DNA of 64,000 nucleotides from Gaiellales bacterium (GTDB lineage: Bacteria; Actinomycetota; Thermoleophilia; Gaiellales; Gaiellaceae). Made by a program: the position numbers and the translations under genes. The first letter of the stretch is position 1; each line of letters begins with the position of its first letter. This document shows positions 54,868 through 64,000 of this stretch, in pieces. The notes under the pieces were generated by a model, which was not told the origin of the DNA, did no database searches, and worked only from the letters and a program-made list of their open reading frames with translations. The DNA lies in NCBI GenBank assembly GCA_038324115.1, contig JBBQHQ010000001.1, positions 3,280-67,279 of the forward strand, read 5' to 3'.

Positions 54868-55430
54868 TCAGACCTCCATGATCTCTTGCTCTTTGTGCTT
54901 CATCAGGTCGTCGATCGTGCCCGTGTGCTCGTCGGTCAGCTTCTGCACCTGGGCTTCGGCGCGGCGCTCCTCGTCGTCGCCCACCTCGCCGTTCTTGACC
55001 AGGTCCTCGAGGTGCTTCATCACGTCCCGCCGGATGTTCCGGATCGCGATCTTCCCGTCCTCGCCGGACTTGCGGACGAGCTTGACGAGCTCCTTGCGGC
55101 GCTCCTCGGTCAGCTGCGGGATCGGGAGGCGGATCATCTTGCCGTCGTTCGACGGGCTCAGGCCAAGATCCGACTCCTGGATCGCCTTCTCGATCGCCTT
55201 GATCTGGGTGGGGTCGAACGGCTGGACGGTCAGGAGCCGCGGCTCGGGCGCGCCGATCGTGGCCATGTTCTTCAGCGGCGTCGGCGTGCCGTAGTAGTCG
55301 ATCGTGATCCGGTCGAGGAGGGCGGCCGAGGCGCGCCCGGTACGCACGCCGTTGAACTCGCTGCGGGTCGAGTCGATCGACTTGTCCATCCTCAGGCCCG
55401 CGTCCTGGAGGAACTCCTCGATGGTCGCCA

Positions 55431-55431
<1 letters not shown>
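54868..55431 (-). CDS. frr: Ribosome recycling factor
   Basis: Full-length Frr pattern (GRASAALLDRITIDYYG..IRNIRRD). Confidence 0.95.
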
Positions 55432-57011
<1,580 letters not shown>

Positions 57012-57015
<4 letters not shown>

Positions 57016-58016
57016 TGCGTCACTTCCCCATCGGTCTCGGTGGTGGTCTCGGCGGCCTCGGCCGTCACCGCCGGCTCGGGCGTCTCCTCGACGATCACAT
57101 TCGGCTCAGCCGCGGCGGCCTCGCCCGTGACCTCGCTCGGGCTGGTCGGCTCGACGGTCGACTCACCCTGCGAGAGGACCTCGTGCTCGGCCGGCGTCTC
57201 GTCGGCGGCCGGCGCGGCCTCAGCGGTCCTTGTGACCTCAGCGGTCTCCGTGGCCTCTGCGGTCTCAGCTGCCTCAGCGAACTCTGCGACGGCGCCGTTC
57301 CCGTTCCCGTTCGCGGTCAGCTCGGCCTCGGTGACCTTGTTCTGGCCCGCGGCGACGCCCTCGGCGATCGCGCGGACGATCAGGCTGCACGAGCGGATCG
57401 CGTCGTCGTTCCCGGGGACGATGAAGTCGGCCTCGTCCGGGTCGCAGTTCGTGTCCACGAGAGCGATGATCGGCAGCCCGAGCCGGCGCGCCTCGCGCAC
57501 GGCGAGCTGCTCCTTCTTCAGGTCGACGATGAAGACCGCGTCCGGCTGACGGCGCAGGTCGGCGACGCCGCCGAGGTTCGCCTCGAGCTTCTCGAGCTCG
57601 GAGAGCATGGTGATCCGCTCCTTGGCAGGGAGCAGCTCGAGCTGGCCCTCGTTCTTCAGGCGGCGCAGCTCGTGCAGGTGCGCGATCCGGTCGGTGATGG
57701 TCTTCCAGTTGGTCAGGAGGCCACCGAGCCAGCGGTTGTTCACGTACGGCATGCCGACGCGCGCCGCCTCGGAGGCGATCGAGTCTTGGGCCTGCTTCTT
57801 GGTGCCGACGAAGAGGATCGTGCCGCCCCGGTTCGCGATGTTCTTCGCGAAGTCGTAGGCCTCCTGAAGCAGGTCGGACGTCTGCTGCAGGTCGATGATG
57901 TAGATACCGCCGCGCTCGGTGAAGATGAACCGCTTCATCTTCGGGTTCCACCGGCGGGTCTGGTGACCGAAGTGGACTCCGGCCTCCAACAGCTCACGCA
58001 TGGAGACGACTGGCAA
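57012..58016 (-). CDS. rpsB: 30S ribosomal protein S2 with a ~109-aa acidic Thr/Ala/Glu-rich C-terminal extension
   Basis: TTG at 58016 gives (M)[26 protein letters not shown], with AAAGGGG upstream. An ATG alternative lies at 58001. The rest of ORF 57012..58913 is shadow. Confidence 0.9.
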
Positions 58017-58187
58017 GGGCTCTGCCCCTTTCTTGGATTGGTTGGGCGCTGCTGCCGGCAAGTGACGAGCGGAACCGGGCTCAGGGCCTGGCATCCCCCA
58101 CTCGCCTTCGCCCCGCCGGGGAGAAGGAACTGGACAGGAAAAGTGTAGCGGCAGCGGCCAGAACCCGTCCTCTTCGGACATGACCTC

Positions 58188-58235
58188 GTGTCTGGCACCG
58201 TGTCTGGCACCGAGCCTGGCACCGTGTCTGGCACC
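58188..58235. repeat. 4 x 12-nt tandem repeat (GTGTCTGGCACC; third unit GAGCCTGGCACC) in the rluD-rpsB intergenic region
   Basis: Units at 58188, 58200, 58212 and 58224. Indexing was checked against ORF 58188..58409. Confidence 0.9.
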
Positions 58236-58255
58236 GGGACAGGGAAACGGCTTGC

Positions 58256-59149
58256 TCAGGCGGTTCTGGCCTGCTCCAGGGCGGCGGCGAGGTCGGCCGG
58301 AAGGGCGGAGTCCGTCTCGACCCGCTCGCCGGTGAAGGGATGCGTGAACGAGAGCCGCGCCGCGTGGAGGAACTGGCGCTCGAGCCCGACGTCGCCGCGG
58401 GCCCCGTAGACGGGGTCGCCCGCGATCGGGAGGTCGATCGCCTCCAGGTGGACGCGGATCTGGTGCGTCCGCCCGGTCTCGAGCCGGACGTCCAGGAGCG
58501 TGTGCCGGGGCAGGTGCTCGACGACCTCGAACCAGGTGACCGCGTCGCGCGGCGTCGCCGTGTCCAGCGAGTGCCGCGTCTTGTCGGTGCGGTCCCGCCC
58601 GATCGCGGCCTCGATCCGGCCGGTCCGCGACTTCGGCCGGCCCCGGACGAGGGCGAGATACCGGCGCTCGACCTCCCGCCGCCGGATCAGGTCCTGCAGC
58701 AGCTCGTACGCCTCGTCGGAGCGGGCGACGACGAGCAGGCCGGACGTGTCGCGATCGAGCCGGTGCACGATCCCGGGCCGGTCCTCGTCTCCACCGGCAG
58801 CGTCGAGCGCCAACAGGCCGTGGACGAGCGTGCCGCCCTCGCGATGCCCCGTGCCGGGATGGACGACGACGCCGGCGGGCTTGTCCACGACGAGGAGGTG
58901 CTCGTCCTCCCACACGACCGGGATGTCCATCTCCTCGGCCTCGAGCGGCGGCGCCTCCGGCGGCAGCTCGGCGACGATCTCCTCTCCCCCCTCGAGCCGG
59001 TGGCTCTTCGGCCGCGCGGCACCGTCGACGAGGACGGCGCCCGCCGCGATCAGCCGTTCCGCGAGCGCGCGGGAGCCCACCTCCGGCCGCGCCGCGAGGG
59101 CCCGGTCGAGCCGGCCCGCCTCAGGGGCGGGAAATCGGAGAGTGGCCAA
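58256..59149 (-). CDS. rluD: RluA-family 23S rRNA pseudouridine synthase (RluD-like, with an S4 domain)
   Basis: [14 protein letters not shown] catalytic motif. S4-like N-terminus. Apparent TTG start at 59149. Confidence 0.8.
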   Translation of the reverse strand: MATLRFPAPEAGRLDRALAARPEVGSRALAERLIAAGAVLVDGAARPKSHRLEGGEEIVAELPPEAPPLEAEEMDIPVVWEDEHLLVVDKPAGVVVHPGTGHREGGTLVHGLLALDAAGGDEDRPGIVHRLDRDTSGLLVVARSDEAYELLQDLIRRREVERRYLALVRGRPKSRTGRIEAAIGRDRTDKTRHSLDTATPRDAVTWFEVVEHLPRHTLLDVRLETGRTHQIRVHLEAIDLPIAGDPVYGARGDVGLERQFLHAARLSFTHPFTGERVETDSALPADLAAALEQARTA

Positions 59150-59696
59150 GGGGACGGGGCCGGTGCGGCCGCCGGTCGGCGCCGGCGAGCGCCGCGAAGA
59201 GGATCGCGACCCCGATGACGATGAAGGAGTCGGCGAGGTTGAACGCCGGCCAGTAGCGCAGGTCGAGGAAGTCGGTCACGTGCCCGAGCCGGACGCGGTC
59301 GACGAGGTTCGAGACGCTGCCGCCCAGCACGAAGCCGAGCGCGACCGGCAGGATCGGGTGTCGTTGGCCGGAGCGCGCGAAGAAGACGAGCATCCACGCC
59401 ACGGCGATCGCGGTCAGCGCGATCACGACCGAGGTCGCCCGGGAGAAGAGCCCGAAGGCGATCCCGGAGTTCTGGACGTGGTGGAGCGAGAACGGGCCGG
59501 CCACGTGCACCGACTGCCCCAGCTCGAGCGCCCTGGCCACTACCTGCTTCGTGACCTGGTCGGCGCCCACGGCAGCGAGCGCGACGACCCCGAGCCCGAC
59601 CCACTGGCGCACTCCGGCGCCGAGCGGCCGCTCCGCCGCCGAGATCGGCCTGAGGGCGTTCGTGGACGACCCGACGCGGACGTCGGGGCCGCGCAC
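59121..59696 (-). CDS. lspA: Signal peptidase II (lipoprotein signal peptidase)
   Basis: NSGIAFG, GGSVSNLVDR and FNLADSFI motifs. The start is uncertain (GTG at 59696 or 59612). ATG 59765 would overlap the dksA-like gene by 46 nt. Confidence 0.75.
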   Translation of the reverse strand: MRGPDVRVGSSTNALRPISAAERPLGAGVRQWVGLGVVALAAVGADQVTKQVVARALELGQSVHVAGPFSLHHVQNSGIAFGLFSRATSVVIALTAIAVAWMLVFFARSGQRHPILPVALGFVLGGSVSNLVDRVRLGHVTDFLDLRYWPAFNLADSFIVIGVAILFAALAGADRRPHRPRPLGHSPISRP

Positions 59697-59719
59697 GCCC
59701 TGCCGGGGCGCGGGCTCGC

Positions 59720-60085
59720 TCAACGGCCGAGCTTGCGCGCGTCGTCGATGCAGAGCTTCGTCCACGGCACGGCCTCGAGCCGCGGCTCGGGAATCTCCTT
59801 GCCGCAGACCTCGCAGGTCCCGTAGCTGCCTGCCTTGATCCGCTCGAGCGCGTCCTCGACCTCACGCAGCTTCGCCTGGGTGTCCTCCTCGAGGCCCTCC
59901 TCGAGCTCGCGCTCGTACGTCTCGCTCGCCGCGTCCGCGAGGTGGTTGTCGTTGGCGGACGACGTCAGCTCTCCCGTCTCCTCGGTCTGCGAGGCAGCGC
60001 CGATGTCGTGGTGCTCGAGCGTGGACTGCAGGTGCTCGCGCTCCTTCAGCAGCGCTCCGCGGAAGCGGTCGGTGTCGACGATCAT
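59720..60085 (-). CDS. TraR/DksA-family C4 zinc-finger protein
   Basis: Coiled-coil N-terminus and CEVCGKEIPEPRLEAVPWTKLC finger. Confidence 0.8.
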   Translation of the reverse strand: MIVDTDRFRGALLKEREHLQSTLEHHDIGAASQTEETGELTSSANDNHLADAASETYERELEEGLEEDTQAKLREVEDALERIKAGSYGTCEVCGKEIPEPRLEAVPWTKLCIDDARKLGR

Positions 60086-60375
60086 CGTCTCTCCAATCCC
60101 CCCGCCGAAGCGAGGCGTCGGTCGATCTCGTCCGGCGCCAGGCCGGCCAGCTCGACGATCTTGTCGCGGGAGGCGCCGCCGGAGACGAGCGCGACGCTCG
60201 AGCGCGGCAGGGTCAGCGTCTCGGCGAGCAGCTTCAGAACCGCCTCGTTCGCCTTGCCGTGCTCGGGTGGGGCGGCGACCCGGACCTTCCAGGCGTCACC
60301 GTGCCGTCCGACGACGGTGGAGCGGGCGGCTCCGGGCGAGACCCTGAGCCGCAGGCGTGTCGAAGAGCCGGTCAC
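60082..60375 (-). CDS. DUF167 (YggU-like) protein
   Basis: LRVRVSPGAARSTVVG..WKVRVAAPPEHGKANEAV..L. Confidence 0.8.
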   Translation of the reverse strand: MTGSSTRLRLRVSPGAARSTVVGRHGDAWKVRVAAPPEHGKANEAVLKLLAETLTLPRSSVALVSGGASRDKIVELAGLAPDEIDRRLASAGGLERR

Positions 60376-60394
60376 CCGGCCAAGGATAGTGACG

Positions 60395-60865
60395 CTACGA
60401 AATCAACCGGCGGATCTCGCCGGTCGACTCCCCCACCGACTCCCGGCGGTCGTTCTCCGTCTCCGCCACCGTCTCGAGTGCGGAGGAGAGGAGCGCCTTG
60501 ATCCGGCGGATCTCCGCTTCCAGCCGCTCGCGCTCGGCGGAGGCGCGCCGCGCGATCGCCCGGGCCTCGGCGTGCGCCTCGGAGACGATCCCGGCTGCCT
60601 CCTTGCGGGCGGACTCGCGCATCTCCTGGGCCGCGCTCTCGGCGGAGACGAGGGTCGTGCGCAGCAGCCCCTCCAGCTCCTTGTGCCGCTGCAGCTCGCC
60701 CTCGAGGTGCTCGACGCGGTCGGCGAGATCGGCACGCTGACGCCAGACCTCCTCGAAGTCCTCGGCGATCTCCTCGAGAAGGCTCTCCACCGTCGCGCGC
60801 TTGTACCCGCGCAGGAAACGCTTCTTGAGTCGGATGTGGCGGATCTCGACGGGTGTGAGAGCCAT
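60395..60865 (-). CDS. divIVA: DivIVA-domain protein
   Basis: MALTPVEIRHIRLKKRFLRGYKRATVESLLEEI plus a coiled coil. Confidence 0.85.
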   Translation of the reverse strand: MALTPVEIRHIRLKKRFLRGYKRATVESLLEEIAEDFEEVWRQRADLADRVEHLEGELQRHKELEGLLRTTLVSAESAAQEMRESARKEAAGIVSEAHAEARAIARRASAERERLEAEIRRIKALLSSALETVAETENDRRESVGESTGEIRRLIS

Positions 60866-60877
60866 CGGAGCTCCTTC

Positions 60878-61189
60878 CTAGAGGACTGCGTCGATCAGGG
60901 CGAAGAGGATCCCGCGCAGGAGGATCAGGCTGATCACCGCGACCATCGGCGAGAGGTCGAGTGGGCCGAGGGGCGGGAGCACGCGCCGAAAGAGCCGCAG
61001 GTAGGGGTCGCAGACGTCGTAGAGGAAGCGCTGGACCCGGTTCAGCCATGGGCTGTAGGGCAGCCGGACCAGCGACGTGATGATGTACGCGATGATCAGG
61101 AGCACGTAGACGTAGATGAACGTGCCGACGAAGGCCTTCACGGACGTGGCCGCGTCGGCGAGCAAGGTGAGAGTGGCGAGATCGCCCAT
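60878..61189 (-). CDS. YggT-family membrane protein
   Basis: About 100 aa, two to three TM segments, P..G.LDLSPMVA motif, in the canonical sepF-yggT-divIVA order. Confidence 0.8.
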   Translation of the reverse strand: MGDLATLTLLADAATSVKAFVGTFIYVYVLLIIAYIITSLVRLPYSPWLNRVQRFLYDVCDPYLRLFRRVLPPLGPLDLSPMVAVISLILLRGILFALIDAVL

Positions 61190-61221
61190 CAGCGGCTCCT
61201 TCGCTCAGTCCAGGCGGATTC

Positions 61222-61307
61222 CTGCCCCTCCACCCGGCCGGTGGGCAGTGCTCTTCAACCCTTCAGGGGTCTTCGCGCTCCGGTGTCCGCGAGAGCGGAT
61301 ACCGGAG
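61222..61307. repeat. Copy C of the hairpin-core-hairpin element (core CCCTTCAGGGGTCTTCGCG at 61259-61277)
   Basis: Hairpin CTGCCCCTCCACC-CGGCC-GGTGGGCAG (61222-61248, with a bulge), a 10-nt spacer, the core, then a 13-bp stem CTCCGGTGTCCGC-GAGA-GCGGATACCGGAG (61278-61307, one G-T pair on the plus strand). Confidence 0.7.
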
Positions 61308-61314
61308 CTTGCGG

Positions 61315-61860
61315 TCAGGCTTGGTTGAAGAAGCCGCCGCGCTCGAGCATGCGGGCGCGCTCCTCGGCGCTGACCTCGACGTTGCGCGGGGTCAGGAGGA
61401 AGACCTTGTCGGCGACGCGCTGCATCCCGCCGTCGAGCGCATAGGTGAGCCCGCTCGCGAAGTCGATCAGCCGCTTCGAGAGCTCCTGGTCGGCGCTCTG
61501 CAGGTTGAGGATCACCGGGACGTTGTCCTTGAACCGGTCGGCGATCTGCTGGGCATCGTTGAAGCTGCGCGGCAGGATCAGGTGCACCTTCACGTTCGCC
61601 GGGTTCGGGACGGCCTCGACGCCGCGCAGCCGGGCGGGCGGGCGGATCACAGCGGTGCTCGCGCCGGCAGGCTCTGGGTCGCTCCAGTCGTCGAAGTCGC
61701 GGCCGCGGCGCGGCTGGAGTCGGCGCACGTTCGCGCGCTCGCGGGCGCCGTAGCTGCGCTCGAGCTCCTCGTTCGTGACGTACCCGTCCTCGTCCCAGTC
61801 GTCCTCCTCGGCGATGCCGAAGTAGACGAGCGTGCGGTTCCAGACGTCGGAAAAGCCCAT
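61315..61860 (-). CDS. sepF: Cell division protein SepF
   Basis: ATG at 61860 gives MGFSDVWNRTLVYFG. C-terminal PRSFNDAQQIADRFKDNVPVILNL. Confidence 0.85.
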   Translation of the reverse strand: MGFSDVWNRTLVYFGIAEEDDWDEDGYVTNEELERSYGARERANVRRLQPRRGRDFDDWSDPEPAGASTAVIRPPARLRGVEAVPNPANVKVHLILPRSFNDAQQIADRFKDNVPVILNLQSADQELSKRLIDFASGLTYALDGGMQRVADKVFLLTPRNVEVSAEERARMLERGGFFNQA

Positions 61861-61873
61861 GTGCGGCGGAATG

Positions 61874-62464
61874 TTACCCCTCGAACACGATTGAACCCAC
61901 CCGCACGAGCGTGGCCCCTTCCTCGGCCGCGACGCGGTAGTCCTGCGAGGTCCCCATCGAGACGTCCGCCAGGCCGTGCTCATCGGCGAGCGCCTTCAGC
62001 CGGCGGAAGTACGGACGCGACTCTTCGGGATCGTCGGTGGCCGGCGGCATCGTCATCAGGCCGCGCACCGGGTAAGCCGAAAGCAGCTCGCCGAGACGCT
62101 CCGGCGGCATGCCGGCCTTGCTCTCCTCCCCGGAGAGGTTGATCTCGACGAGGAACGGGACGGAGAGCCGCCGGGCCGAACTGTCGGAGTCGACGGAGTG
62201 GACGAGCTCGCAGATCCCGTCGACGAGCTTCGCCTTGTTCGACTGGAGGTGGCCGATGAAGTGCCAGCGGAAGGCGTCGCCGTAGACGGCGTGCTTGCGC
62301 TCGAGGTCCTGGGCGCGGTTCTCCCCCGCCACCTCGACTCCGGCCTCCGCGAGGATCGCCATGTTCTCCAGGGAGACGTACTTCGTGGCGACGACGACGG
62401 TGACGCCGGGCCCAACCTCGGCCCGGATCCGCTCGTAAGCCGCCCGCACAGCCTCAGGCGACAC
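61874..62464 (-). CDS. yggS: YggS-family pyridoxal-phosphate homeostasis protein
   Basis: VVATKYV (PLP Lys), GENRAQD, HFIGHLQSNK, MGTSQDY. Confidence 0.8.
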   Translation of the reverse strand: MSPEAVRAAYERIRAEVGPGVTVVVATKYVSLENMAILAEAGVEVAGENRAQDLERKHAVYGDAFRWHFIGHLQSNKAKLVDGICELVHSVDSDSSARRLSVPFLVEINLSGEESKAGMPPERLGELLSAYPVRGLMTMPPATDDPEESRPYFRRLKALADEHGLADVSMGTSQDYRVAAEEGATLVRVGSIVFEG

Positions 62465-63152
62465 GTGCGATCACCCCCTGGACGCCCCGCGGCTTGCCGG
62501 TGCGGCGGTGGGAGAAGAAGAGCTCGGGATGGCACGCCGTGCAGAGGTCGACCCGCTCCACGTGTTCGACCCCGGCCGCGCGGAGCGCGCGCTCGGCCGA
62601 CGTCCAGAGATCGAGGTTCCGGCCGCGGAGGACGTCGGCGCCGAAGGCGAGCGCGAAGGGCTCCGCCACCTCCGGGCCGACCTCGTAGCAGCAGGGGCCG
62701 ATCGCCGGGCCGACGCAGGCAGCTGCGACTCCGCCGAGCGCCTCGACGCCCGCGCCCACGACGCCGCCGAGCAGCCCGCGCCAGCCGGCGTGCACGACCG
62801 CGACCGCCGGAGGCTCACCTTCCGGCCGCGCGAGGGCGATCGGGAGGCAGTCGGCGGCGAGCGCGAGGATGGGCAGGTCGGGGATGTCGGTCCAGAGCCC
62901 GTCGCCCGGCGTCCCCCGAACCCCTGCCTCGGCCCGGTGGACGTCTGCCGAGTGAATCTGCCGGTTCAGGGCGAGCCGGTCGGGGGTCGTCCCGATCTCG
63001 GCGCAGAGCAGGCGGCGGTTCTCGTCCACCCGCTCGACCTCGTCGCCCGTCATCCGGCCGAGGTTGAGCGATTCGTACGGCCCCTCGCTGACGCCGCCGG
63101 CCCTCGTCGAGAAGACGACGTCGTAGCGGGGTCCCGCGTCCCAGCGGATCAC
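62454..63152 (-). CDS. pgeF: Peptidoglycan editing factor PgeF / YfiH (laccase-domain, DUF152) family
   Basis: GTG at 63152 (GTGA overlap). FSTRAGGVS, ADCLPI, HAGWRG, CCYEVG, CT..FFSHRR. Confidence 0.8.
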   Translation of the reverse strand: MIRWDAGPRYDVVFSTRAGGVSEGPYESLNLGRMTGDEVERVDENRRLLCAEIGTTPDRLALNRQIHSADVHRAEAGVRGTPGDGLWTDIPDLPILALAADCLPIALARPEGEPPAVAVVHAGWRGLLGGVVGAGVEALGGVAAACVGPAIGPCCYEVGPEVAEPFALAFGADVLRGRNLDLWTSAERALRAAGVEHVERVDLCTACHPELFFSHRRTGKPRGVQGVIARVA

Positions 63153-64000
63153 GACCGCGCCGCCAGCAGCCGGCGGCTCTCGGCGAGCAGCCACTCGCGC
63201 GTGTTCAGCGCCGGGTCGACGAGGACCTGCTCCAGCAGCGCCTGCAGGGCCTCGCCGAGGGCGGGCGACGGCGCCCAGCCCAGCTCGATCAGGTCGGCGC
63301 CATCGACGGAGAGGTCCCCGAGCCGGTAGGGGCTCGCGAGCTCCTGCTCGAGGGTCGCCTCGAACCCCGCGAGCCGGTCCAGCTCGGCCCGGCAGGTGTC
63401 GTCCATCCCGTCCCGCTTGCCGCGCGTGTCGGCGTCCTTGTGGGCGACCAGGTCGAACGCCCCCTCGCGGCCGTGGCGGGCGAGGAAGCGGCGGGCGCGG
63501 ATCCCGTCGCCCGGCTCGGGCACGTGGAACATGTGCTCGCGGACGAGCCTGCGGACGGCGTCGCGCAGCCGCGTCGGGTAGCGGAGCCGCAGGAGTGCCG
63601 CGCCGGCGAGCTCGGCCCCGATCTCCTCGTGCGAGCGCTTCTGCCACCGCCCGCTGGCATAGAAGTGGAGCCGTCCGTCGGTGCCGCGCCAGGCCGACTC
63701 GGGCTTGCCTGCGTCGTGGAGCAGCGCCGCGAGCCGCACCCGCAGCGGCGCGCCGGCGTCGGCGGCCGCCTGGACGACCCGGAAGAGGTGCTCGTCCAGC
63801 GTCAGCTCGTGGAAGCGGCTCTCCTGCTCGAAGCCGAGCGCCGGCCCCAGCTCGGGCAGGATCCGGACGAGGACGCCGGTGTCGCGGGCGAGCCGGAGCG
63901 CCTTCGCCGGCTCGGCCCCGAGCAGCAGCTTCGAGAACTCCCCCAGGCCGTCGCTCGCGAGGCCGCCGCCGATCCGCTCGGCGGAGACGTGCTCGATCCG
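63149..64000 (-). CDS. CCA-adding enzyme / tRNA nucleotidyltransferase family protein with an HD domain, C-terminal part (5' end beyond the window)
   Basis: The frame is open to the window edge (852 nt, in frame). LAALLHDAGKP HD motif. The upstream translation RIEHVSAERIGGGL..ELGPALGFEQ is typical of the family. Confidence 0.7.
   Translation of the reverse strand, partial: RIEHVSAERIGGGLASDGLGEFSKLLLGAEPAKALRLARDTGVLVRILPELGPALGFEQESRFHELTLDEHLFRVVQAAADAGAPLRVRLAALLHDAGKPESAWRGTDGRLHFYASGRWQKRSHEEIGAELAGAALLRLRYPTRLRDAVRRLVREHMFHVPEPGDGIRARRFLARHGREGAFDLVAHKDADTRGKRDGMDDTCRAELDRLAGFEATLEQELASPYRLGDLSVDGADLIELGWAPSPALGEALQALLEQVLVDPALNTREWLLAESRRLLAARS

Noticed and set aside
58188-58235. Possible CRISPR array, considered for the 12-nt repeats here and the 15-nt repeats at 26061-26120.
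   Set aside because: The units are directly adjacent with no spacers and are far shorter than CRISPR repeats. The 15-nt set is in frame inside a protease gene. No cas genes are in the window.
59121-59765. Full-length ORF start (ATG 59765) for lspA, overlapping the dksA-like gene by 46 nt.
   Set aside because: The first ~23 residues are Arg/Ala-rich and lie inside the upstream gene. The GTG codons at 59696 or 59612 give a normal short cytoplasmic N-terminus before TM1. The exact start remains uncertain.

Overview
High-GC, almost fully coding chromosomal segment. Hand-counted 60-nt lines give 75-80% GC (20041, 46201). Gene content looks actinobacterial, and a deep-branching Thermoleophilia/Rubrobacteria-like lineage is only my guess. 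Most of the window is conserved housekeeping. On the plus strand: a BMP-type ABC transporter; rodZ-like, cinA, recA, recX, rny, miaB, an SDR epimerase, miaA and dapF; and hflX, dut, NUDIX and a PLP decarboxylase. On the minus strand: dapD, dapC-like and dapE; gatD and murT; apt, MerR, FHA, a small RsiG-like protein, manC/PMM and pgsA; a long run of proS, ispG, rseP, dxr, cdsA, uppS, frr, pyrH, tsf and rpsB; and rluD, lspA, dksA-like, DUF167, divIVA, yggT, sepF, yggS, pgeF and cca. Other genes are a secreted S8 protease, a membrane GGDEF+HD-GYP protein, and two RpoD-family sigma genes flanking a PHP phosphatase. Many neighbouring genes share 4-nt GTGA/ATGA stop-start overlaps. The clear outlier is a ~3.3 kb lower-GC island (41811-45046; sampled lines about 60% GC) next to tRNA-Pro(GGG). 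It holds five same-strand genes: a 61-aa acidic protein directly followed by an SDH-family Clp-fold serine protease, two orphan proteins, and an Ltp-type (phage superinfection-exclusion family) lipoprotein. I found no integrase and no att repeat. This island is my best candidate for an uncharacterised phage-exclusion or abortive-infection module. The second notable signal is a 19-nt core (CCCTTYAGGGGTCTTSGCG) present three times in intergenic positions. Each copy sits between hairpins that differ in sequence but keep the same geometry. Other leads are a 91-aa protein with an exact RsiG-type c-di-GMP-binding motif, an internally duplicated sensor-GGDEF-sensor-HD-GYP protein, a 4 x 12-nt tandem repeat upstream of rpsB, and two promoter-like hexamer pairs placed for leaderless mRNAs. 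All family assignments come from motif recognition by eye and from memory; no searches were run.
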